Shown piece after piece: positions 53,690 through 64,000 of a DNA stretch of 64,000 bases; the first letter of the stretch is position 1; each line of letters begins with the position of its first letter. The notes under the pieces were generated by a model. It made no database searches and had not been told where the DNA came from. It worked only from the letters and a program-made list of their open reading frames with translations. This stretch comes from Octopus sinensis (lineage: Eukaryota): NCBI RefSeq assembly GCF_006345805.1, contig NC_043002.1, positions 87,358,001 to 87,422,000 on the forward strand, given 5' to 3'. The position numbers and the translations under genes are program-made.

Positions 53690-53940
53690 AAAAGTGTCTA
53701 ATATTTCCTTCAAACTTTGCTTTTGTTACATTTATTCAAACCTCAAAGAATCCTTCTCAACACATGGCTTTGATGCCTTCCCCACTACTCCTGCTCATAA
53801 TCAGAGATGCCTATATTACCAGCCACCAAGGGACATGCTGAAGTGGTTTAAGTAAAGCAACTGACAGGCAAATCTGTGGTATTGAACAGAATATTTCCTA
53901 TAACGATATCTCTACTTCGATAACTCAGCACAGAATCTAT
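53690..53940 (-). mobile_element. Partial copy of the repeat family at 61500-61880
   Basis: About 53730-53810 is a diverged reverse complement of 61500-61590. Confidence 0.6.
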
Positions 53941-55501
53941 CTGAAATGTAATGGAAAATAGTTCAGTTTCAAAACATTGATATCCAGGTCACAAAAGCAA
54001 AGTTTGAAGGGAATAGTAATAATTTCCTTTGATTTCTAGCTAAATGCAAATAGGAATTAACACTTACTGGCCAAAAACAATAAAAAAAAAAATTAAAAAA
54101 ATTGTATACAGTGTAGTTTGAGTCATAATGGTTCACTGACAGACAAACCACATTTATTTATACACATCATTAAAAACGTATTTTCCTTTTGCTTGTGTTC
54201 AGTAAGAATGTCACCGATAGATTCATTTCACTAAATGTGTTTTATTTTTCGAAAAGAGAAACATATATAATCTTCGCACTAATCATATTAAATAGTCCCT
54301 TTGCTACTGATTGAGGAATTGTGTTCTATTTCTAAACAGTTAGTTATAAAGAAAGATTTTGTCCATACGCTTATAGGCATATAACGAAATACTAAATTAA
54401 CTTTGAACTGCTTGACTGTTAATTTCCTGATTACTTGTATTTCCGAAGTTAGTCTGTATCTTTAAGCGTCAATGTTTGTTTGAACCAATGACACCTTTTC
54501 TCAAAGAATTTTATCCAAAATTTACACACAAATCTGAATCCATCTCGGAATAATGTACAAAAATGAAAAAATGCCATATCTGAGGGTCCTTAAGGTAAAA
54601 AAAAAAAAAGCAACGGAAGATTCGAGAAATGAGACGCTGAAAAACTGGTAGGTATAATGGTGTGGTATACATCCCACTTCTCTCCTTGGTTCACATGAAT
54701 TCTTTTTCCCTCTCTCTCCATCTTACATACACATCATACACAAACACGCACACATTCTCCCTCATTTCTCCTGAACGACCTTGAATAAACTATATATATA
54801 TTGTAACACTTTAGTTATAATTGCTCGTTTAAAAATCATACCGTTGAAATTTAGTATGCAGTTTCAAATATCATCGTCGATGAAGTAGACTAATTTTGAT
54901 ATTACATACATACATACATACATACATTTATTGCACACATTCACATATACATAAAAACAAATACAAACATAAGCACACGCACCCACATCTAACGTCAAGT
55001 TCTTATTTTCAAATGACTATTTGAAATGACCTCGTAGTACTGACACTGCAAAAAGAAGGATAGATGTTAACTTTTAACGTTAAGGGACTAGTGTACCGTT
55101 TAGCTGAAGCCTAAAAAAGAACTAAGTTTTGGAACTCAGACAAAGTTGAGTGCTTCCGGGAATTATTTATAAATCTGGTTGTAATAATAAATAAAAATTA
55201 TAATCAAATTACTAAATATTTATTTTATGTGTCTGTTAACATTCAAACTGGAGCAAATTCATTCTTCTCTAACTTGTATATTTGATAGTACGTATAGGAA
55301 CTGTAGGCTAAAAGAGTACTAATCATATTGCACCCCAACCGTTTGCAACAGTGTACGATGCTTTTAATCAGATGTACAATAGAAATTAAGTAAAAATTAG
55401 TTACTGAATTCATCAGCGTATTGTAAACCGCTAATGATTTTGATAGTTTTGTAATATATTCGGTAGTGTTAAGACATAGAATAGTGTACGAGGGACCACT
55501 A

Positions 55502-56725
55502 TTGGGTTGGCAAGAAAGTAATTTCATTTTCGCAAATAGATAGAGTTGCGATTTTTTGAATGACTTTTGTCAATGTTATGTGTTGTACTTTTTGACATTT
55601 GATAGCCATTACTTTTAGCTTCAGTTCAGTGTCAATTTTAACATGGAGTGCAAATACGAACATTTTCGCCATATTTTGCTTTTGTATTTCCGTAAAGGTA
55701 AGAAAGCTGCTGAGGCTCACAAAGAGATATGTGAAGTTTATGGTGTTGATTGCTTAACAGAACACACATGTCAGAAATGGTTTTAAAAATACCGTCCTGG
55801 AGATTTTTCACTCAAAGATTGACCAACGTTCTGGTTGACCTGCTGAAGTTGATAATGACCGAATCAAAGCCATAAGTGAATCTGATTATCATATAACTGT
55901 GTAAAAGATTGCAGGGAGGTTAAATGTATCACACACAACAATTGAAAATCACTTAAAATGTCTTGGACTTGTTAAGAAGCTCGGTATTTGGGTTCCACAT
56001 AAATTGAAAGAGATTTACTTAACAAACGAATCAATATTTGTAATATGCATCTCAAACGCAATGAAATCGACCTTTTTTTGAAACGAATCATCACTGGTAA
56101 TGAAAACTGCATTGTCTGCAATGACATCAATCGAAAACGATCATGGTCCAAGCATAATGAACCATCACAAACCACATCAGAAGCTGAATTGCATCAAAAA
56201 AGGTCATGCTGTCAAATTGGTGGGATTACAAAGGTGTTGAGTATTTTGAGCTGCTTCCGAGGAACCAAACAATCAATTCAGATGTTTACTGCCAACAACT
56301 AATGAAACTGGAGGAAGCAATCAAAGAAAAACGGCCAGAATTGGCAAATCGTAAAGGGATTGTTTTCCACCATGATAACGCTAGACTACACACATCTTGA
56401 AAACTTACTGGAGCTTGGTTGGGAAGTGGTGTCATCCTCCATTTAGCTCTGACCTTGCACCACCAGATTGCAATTTATTTCGAAGTTTGCAAAATTCTTT
56501 GAATGGAAAAACTTTCAATAATGATGATGACATAATGTTGCACTTGCTTCAGTTTTTGTCTAAGCACCAAAAGTTCTAAGAGCGCAGAATCATGAAGTCG
56601 CCAGGAAGATGGCGAAAGGTCATCGAACAAAATGAAAAATATATAACTGATTAAGTTCATTCTTTGCATGGAAAAAAATGACTTTAATTTCACACTAAAA
56701 AGCCGAAATTAATTGCCAAAACCAA
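55502..56725 (+). mobile_element. Defective mariner (cecropia/Hsmar1-like)
   Basis: TA|TTGGGTTGGCAAGAAAGTAATTTC ... TTGCCAAAACCAA|TA. Transposase relic from ATG 55643: MECKYEHFRHILL...IWVPHKL...ITGNENCI...HHDNARLH...PPFSSDLAPPDCNLF, ending about 56654. Confidence 0.92.
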
Positions 56726-57410
56726 TATTTAAGTGATATTGCGTTATTATACCAAATTTTAAAATTTTAAATAGGTATTCAATTGAGGTAGAGTAATACT
56801 GGTTTCAAAATGTGGCACAAGACCAGTAATTTTGAGGGAGGAGGTAAGTCAGTAACACCGCCTTGGGGTAGAATAATATTAAGCTGCCTCTATGACTATT
56901 TACAATTTTATGTTTACACTCTGGTTAAGCCGGCGTGCTGGCAGAATCGCTAGTACACCGAGTAAACTGCTTGACGGCAGTTCAAATTCCACCAGTCGAA
57001 CCAATAGTATAAAGAGCATTTACACACTGTCTCTAAAAGAGGAATTAATGCATAAAGACCACCATTTAATCAATGCACTTCGCAGAAGATACATACATGC
57101 ATATACAATTAGGCTGATGAGTAAGAAAACTACACATATGAGACATATGATTACTTAAGATTTACTTCTGTTTGTTATAAAGCAAAAAAAAAAAAAGAAA
57201 TGCATTTGATGATACCGTTAGCTTTAAATGTAGAGTCTGTAATGAGAATGTCAGGTATTACACATTGACATAATACATATATATACGCTTGTATGTATGT
57301 ATTGTTCAGTTTTATTTTAAGATTTCTTGCCAATAGAGAAAGAGCCGGTTTCTCATCTAGATCTAAGGTCCTTTCATTGGAATTTCAACATCAACAGCAG
57401 GGTAGTTTTG

Positions 57411-57483
57411 TATGTATGTATGTATGTATGTATGTATGTATGTATGTATGTATGTATGTATGTATGTATGTATGTATGTATGT
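57411..57483. repeat. (TATG)n microsatellite
   Basis: Seen directly. Confidence 0.95.
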
Positions 57484-57776
57484 ACGTGTATGTGCAGATG
57501 TGTATGTTTTGCTTTATGTATGTATTCTCATGCGTATAATTGCATATCTAGACATGCTCATATATATTTAAATGATAAACTTCTGGAAAATTTTACAGAT
57601 TTTTGCAGTTCTAGTGATGGATTGGATCTATAGTCTTCGAATTAGTTTTTCCTTTCTGGTTTTGAGAAACCTAATTTCTTAAGATTGGTATTTAGACAGT
57701 ATGTTCCATATCCCAGGCCCCCAAGAATTACAGGTATAAACCTGAACATGTAATCTGGATATGTATGTATGTGCAT

Positions 57777-57812
<36 letters not shown>

Positions 57813-58032
57813 GTGTGTGTGTGTGGTGTGTGTGTGTGTGTGTAGAAAGAGAGTGGGGCACGAACTAATCCTGAGGTTACCTGTACAAGGGGACAATGTA
57901 AACCGACTTAGAGTACAGTACTCAAAGCATTACAATTGAGTTTGACGACGTAACATTAAAAGGATGATTCCTGCTAACGACGTTTTGTTTTGCTTGAGAA
58001 TATACCAGGAATACTGCTCATATACGCTGAAA

Positions 58033-58087
<55 letters not shown>

Positions 58088-58104
58088 ATTTATTATATAG
58101 AAGG

Positions 58105-58155
58105 AGCTTCTACAGGACTAGAACTGTTTCATTCAAGAGAAATCTTCAGGAAGCT
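58105..58155 (-). ncRNA. Type I hammerhead ribozyme motif (left arm)
   Basis: Exact reverse complement of 60900-60950. Confidence 0.7.
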
Positions 58156-58326
58156 AGTTAACAAGAATTGTATTGGCATTTATACATTTAGGCAGGTTTA
58201 AAGGGGTGTTGGTGGGGGACTTTTTGGGGGTAGGCATAGCGCAAAATATCATAAATGGGGGAGTGGTCAAGGAGTCAGTGTTAAATTAGATAGAAGAATA
58301 AATAAAAAAATAAAAAAATAAAAAAA

Positions 58327-58414
58327 CGTATATATATGTGCGTATATATATGTGTGTGTATGTGTATATGTACATGTATGTATGTATGTATATATATGTA
58401 TATATATATATGTA

Positions 58415-58455
<41 letters not shown>

Positions 58456-58710
58456 GCATATATGTATGTGTGTGTATATGTGTATTATGTATGTGTATGT
58501 TTATATATATGTATGTATATGTGTATGTATATGTATGTGTGTGTATATGTATATATGTGTATATATATGAGTGTACGCGAGTATGTCGATGTATATGTAG
58601 GTATGTAGAGTTATGTGTATGTGCAGGTATGTGAGTGTAGATACAAATTGTAGATGTGTATATATATGTATGTGTATATATACATGTATATAGGTATATG
58701 TATGTGTGTG

Positions 58711-58749
<39 letters not shown>

Positions 58750-59382
58750 GCGAGTATGTAGAGATATAAGTATGTGCATGTGTATATGTATATGTGTGTA
58801 TATATATGTATGGGTATGTGTATGTGTATGTATGTATGTATATATATATATATGTATGTGTGTGTGTATGTATGCATATACGTATGTATGTATGTATGTA
58901 TGTATGTATATGTGTATGTATATATGTGTGTAAGTGTGTGTATATATGTAAATGTAAGTGTGTGTGCTTGTATGAGAATGTATGTATGTTTGCACACATG
59001 TATATATGTGTGTGTATGTGTATATGTATATGTGTATATGTGTATATATATGTATATATATATATATGTATGTATATGTGTATGTATATATATGTGTATA
59101 TGTGTGTGTGTGTATACATGTGTGTATGTGTATGTATGTATGTATATATATGCGTGTGTATGTGTATGTGTATATGTACATATACGCGTACGCTCGTGTG
59201 TTTATGTATATGTAGGTACGTAGAGTTATCTATGTGTGTATTTATATGTACATGTGTGTAAGTATGTATATATATGTATATATGTATGTGTATGTGTGTG
59301 TGTATATATATATGTATGTATATGTGTATGTGTATGTGTATGTGTATATATGTATGTATATATATCTATGTATATATATATA

Positions 59383-59446
<64 letters not shown>

Positions 59447-59811
59447 AAGTTTATATGTATGTATCCGTCTATATAATAGGTAACTGCACGTACATATACT
59501 TAATATTTATTATTTATTTTTTGAGTATGCATGTACGAATAACTGCGCGTATATATATTTTACTATTTACTTATTTTTTGAGTATGCATGTAAGTATGAA
59601 TATAAGGAGGCGCGTGTGTGTGTGTGTATGTGTAAGCATAGATATATGTATACTTTTACGCATGTGTGTACTTATGTGTATATATGGATGCGCGCGTGTG
59701 TGTGTGTGTATGGGTACGCATGTACATGTGTATGTGCGTGTAGTGTATATATATGTATATGTGTGTGTATGTATGTGTGTATGTATATATATATATATGT
59801 GTATATATATG

Positions 59812-59868
<57 letters not shown>

Positions 59869-60728
59869 ATTTGTATGTAGGTGTATATGTATGTGTGTGT
59901 ATTTATATTTATTGGTGTATATATATAGACTAGCCTTCTAAGAGTGTAGACATGAATCTGTAGGTACGCGTACGTATGTGTATATACGTGAATGTATGTA
60001 GATGTATGTACGTATGAATATAACGCGTGCGTGCGTGTATGTGTATGAGTGTACGAATGAGTGAGTGTACGTGCTAAAGAGTGTGCGTGAGTGAATGAGT
60101 GCTTGTTTTCCAGTAGACAGATAAATGGACTGGCTGTCATAGCCAAGATGTTTGTGACCAAGCGGCCAAAGATAACAAAAGTAATAAACGAAGATAATAA
60201 AATTAAAATTAGGGAATGGGTCTGTATTTGTATGTGTATATATATGTGTGTATGTGTAGGTATGCATAGGTACACATATGTATATATATATATATATATA
60301 CATGCATGTATATGTATGTATGTGTGTGTATGTGTATATATGAGTATATAGGGACTAGTGTGCTGTGTGTGCATGTGTGTGTGTGGATATGTGTGTGTAT
60401 GCGTGTATGTGAGTATGTGTGTGTATGTGTATATATATTTTTCTGTGCGTATATGTATGTGTGGTCGTGTGTGTATATATACATGTGTGTATACGTGTAT
60501 GCATGTGAGTGTGTGTATGTATACATATATGTGTATGTGTAGATATGTATATGTATGTGTATGTGTAAGTGTATATATATGTATATATATGTGTGTGTAT
60601 GTATGTGTGTATGTATATGTATATATGTTTGTATGTGTGTGTATGTATGTATACATGTGTGCATAGGTATAAGTGAGAATCTCCTTATTTACCTAAAACT
60701 CTATTCCCCCCTTTTTTTTATATATAGA
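58327..60728. repeat. 2.4-kb degenerate (TG)/(TA)/(TATG) low-complexity interior
   Basis: Seen directly; source of the long spurious H/T/Y/I and V/C/M/Y ORFs. Confidence 0.95.
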
Positions 60729-60899
60729 TTTTTTTATTTTTTTATTTTTTTATTTATTCTTCTATCTAATTTAACACTGACTCCTTGACCACTCCCCCAA
60801 GTATGATATTTTGCGCTATGCCTACCCCCAAAAAGTCCCCCACCAACACCCCTTTAAACCTGCCTAAATGTATAAATGCCAATACAATTCTTGTTAACT

Positions 60900-60950
60900 A
60901 GCTTCCTGAAGATTTCTCTTGAATGAAACAGTTCTAGTCCTGTAGAAGCT
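60900..60950 (+). ncRNA. Type I hammerhead ribozyme motif (right arm)
   Basis: AGCUUC | CUGAAGA | U-UUC-UCUU-GAA-U | GAAA | CAG-UUCUAGUC-CUG | UA | GAAGCU. Confidence 0.7.
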
Positions 60951-61499
60951 CCTTCTATATAATAAATTAATTTTACTCTGCTATGTATTGAGTACCTTAT
61001 TTACTGTGGTTAACCCCGAATCAACCCGGGACCTACATATATATATATATATATATACAGACTTAAATATTAACAATATATTCTATCTAAGTAATATAGC
61101 ACTGTCAATATTACGACAGTGCTCGACATCTTGAAAGAAAACAAATATGTTTATAGTTGAACATCTAATTATAGTAGAAATGTTATTATCTATATTTAAA
61201 GTAAATGTGACTGCGTCGGTTTCGACGATGACTATTCCAGATTTTCAAACAATTAAACTACGTAATCAATGAATTCTTATAGAGGTGGCCGAGTAATCCA
61301 TAGACACTTGTTTACTTTTACATAATCCTTGGTTAGAATCAGCCGACACAATTTGTGACGAGACAGATTCTTTGAATTACGAGTCCAATTCATCAACCGG
61401 GATTTCTACAGTCTGTTTACGTGGTTTCCTTCACAATCATGGATAAATAGACATATATACATAGACACATCCATATATAATAATAATATGGCTGACGAT

Positions 61500-61880
61500 A
61501 TGTGCATCTCTGATCACGAGCAGAAGTAGTGGGGGAACATCATAGCCATGTGTTGAGAGGGATTCTTTGGGGTTTGAATAATCCACCTCTGGAAACATGG
61601 GTGGTTCTTTCAACATCCTTAAACAACCCTTATTAAGGGACCTTTTGAGCGGGATGGGCTACTCAACCTGAGGAAAATTCTAACTGGGCCCCACCTGCAA
61701 TGTCATGTGCTGTTTATCTTGATATGAGATCACCATGTCGCGCACATATGGTTGTGATGCATGTGCCTGGTGTACCCTTATCAGACGGGTAGTCATGATG
61801 GGTATATTGGGCTTCGTATATTTTACCCCAGTGTCACTTTGATGGCATGCACTGCTCTCTCACTCAATAATAATAACAAT
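61500..61880 (+). mobile_element. Unclassified repeat, probably a LINE 3' UTR ending in (AAT)n
   Basis: Second partial copy at 53690-53940; ends CACTCAATAATAATAACAATAATAATA. Confidence 0.55.
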
Positions 61881-61900
61881 AATAATAATAGGGAACATTG

Positions 61901-61947
<47 letters not shown>

Positions 61948-62389
61948 ATATATGTGTGTGTGCATATGAACGTTTGTGCGTGCATATAATTGCGTATATA
62001 TTATGAAAGATAACGTGTATATACTAACAAACTCACATACATACAAGCACGCATGCACACACACGCACACATACTCACACAGACAAACACACACACACTT
62101 CAGGATACGTATAAACACACATAAGGGTAATAGGTGGGACACATACACATAAATACGTGTTTTACTTAAACGGGTCCAAATAAAGGGCATCATCTACTGG
62201 TGAAATTTGCAAACCCTCAACAGATGACAACCTCAACAATTTCTAAAAGTGTTACTTCAGCTAGACATTAAAATTGAGCCTACACCACTAGGTGAACCTA
62301 GTTGTCAACAAGTAATGGAAGAAATGTTCGAAAGTTTCCCTGAAAATAGCTCGAAGTTCTCCGGAAACTTTGCAATCTCGATGATATGC

Positions 62390-62613
62390 GAAGGTGGCGA
62401 GCTGGCAGAAACGTTAGCACGCAGGGCGAAATGCTTAGCGGTATTACGTCTGCCGTTACGTTGTGAGTTCAAAATCCCGCCGAAGTCGACTTTGCCTTTC
62501 ATCCTTTCGGGGTCGATAAATTAAGTACCAGCTACGTACTGGAGTCGATGTAATAGACTTAATACCTATGTTTGTCCCCTCTAAGTTTAGCCCCTTATGA
62601 GCAATAAAGAAAT
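62390..62613 (+). mobile_element. SINE family A
   Basis: AAGGTGGCGAGCTGGCAGAAACGTTAGCACG head through the AATAAAGAAATA tail. Confidence 0.9.
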
Positions 62614-62639
62614 AGATATTACATCAAAGTGACTGTAAC

Positions 62640-63170
62640 GGTTTACACAGTGTTAATCTGTCAGACAAAGCTCTACAGGAGAGTTTTACTCCGGCGACTC
62701 CTCAACTCTCCCTTCAAAAGGAATTACGGACTCTACCATCCATTAAGTGAAGTCTCCATAAATACTTCTTTTCTATTCATTATAAACACATCCTGAGCCT
62801 CCACCGTTTAATTCCTCCCTAAATGTACAAATTCAATACGTCCAAATATTCTGTCGTCTCTACTTCTTCAACTCTTCTTTTAGTCTTTAGACATTCTAAA
62901 CTTCTACTCATCATAGACATATCATTTTACAGAGTCATCCCACTCAGAAGCTGTTTAGAAGCTCTCAAATGCTTCAAAGACCTATACTCCTAGCAGCATT
63001 AGTTCTCATTCTCAAGTACATTTTATCTTCTGTTAAGCTCAGCACCATGTTGCAATGCGAATCAAGACGGGTTCAACACAAACACCTTGTTAGACGCATT
63101 GAGTTACAGACATACTTCTTGGTTCACGATCCACCCCAGAGCTGCATGGCTGGTATATTGATGACTGAAC
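62640..63170 (+). pseudogene. Penelope-like RT remnant
   Basis: LLLIIDISFYRVIPLRSCLEALKCF (motif A-like, about 62900-62975); AALVLILKYILS; PELHGWYIDD with YIDD at 63154-63165. Confidence 0.55.
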
Positions 63171-63389
63171 AATAGGAGAATGAAAAATCATTGAAATCAT
63201 TGAGAACTCCGTCATACGAACAAACATACAATGACAAACTAGTAATAAATAAATGAATTTACATTAAAATTGAAGTGAACTGCTGTTAGTTGGTGTGTGT
63301 GTGTTTGTGTGTGTGTACTTATTAGCAAAATGACAGTTCCAAAGTTCAACAATATCACATACAAATTCTTGCATTATAAATTGAAACAC

Positions 63390-63660
<271 letters not shown>

Positions 63661-64000
63661 CATTGTGTGAGCAATATAAATTGTAAAAGGTACACACGCA
63701 CACACAATATATATATGTGTGTGTGTGTTTGTGTAAATTCGTTTATTATAAATCGTTTATGTGTTGTATATTGTAAATACATTTATTGATGATTGCAAAC
63801 ACGAATTTTAAACTGCTTCCATCTGCATTATTACCATCATTTCCATAAACAATAATGTACAATAGTTTTAAAATGGAATGCTGACAGTCATATAAATAAA
63901 TAATCATTTACTTTCACTCTCTCTCTTCCCCTCTCTCTCACACACACACAGTCTCCTTCGCTCTTGTTAGTTCTTTGATAATTGTATTTATCTTTCTTTT

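Larger units (their letters stand above)
58089..60966. mobile_element. Non-coding element with 238-bp inverted arms, each ending in a hammerhead motif plus AATAAA; TG/TA-rich interior
   Basis: 58089-58326 is the reverse complement of 60729-60966 with about 2 mismatches by eye. Confidence 0.85.

Noticed and set aside
58286-60788. Long ORFs of 226-361 aa (58286-59119, 58501-59181, 59571-60656)
   Set aside because: Translations of TG/TA simple repeats (H/T/Y/I or V/C/M/Y only); no protein-like composition.

Overview
Strongly AT-rich, repeat-saturated animal genomic DNA. The tRNA-derived SINE families and repeat spectrum point to an octopod cephalopod; this is inferred from family resemblance, not from a database search. 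I found no host protein-coding gene I can call with confidence, and most ORFs in the supplied track are translated (TA)n/(CA)n/(TATG)n microsatellites. The window holds: three decayed mariner elements; a DD34E Tc1 element with 121-bp TIRs and a GT-AG intron; the 3' end of a Chapaev3-like transposon; a Merlin-like (GG termini, 8-bp TSD) MITE family, several copies of which carry TTAGGG-like tracts; Penelope-like (PLE) RT/GIY-YIG remnants; CR1/L2, RTE and REL-endonuclease LINE fragments; many SINEs and microsatellites; and a 100-N gap at 21777-21876. The most interesting signal is a set of type I hammerhead-ribozyme folds. The clearest is a 2.9-kb non-coding element (58089-60966) bounded by near-identical 238-bp inverted arms, each ending in an outward-facing hammerhead followed by AATAAA. 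Two further hammerhead-like folds lie at 47262-47386 and 24110-24184. Together with the PLE remnants, they suggest a PLE-mobilised, ribozyme-terminated non-autonomous element family. A local inverted duplication/triplication at 43723-45191 may be real or an assembly artefact.
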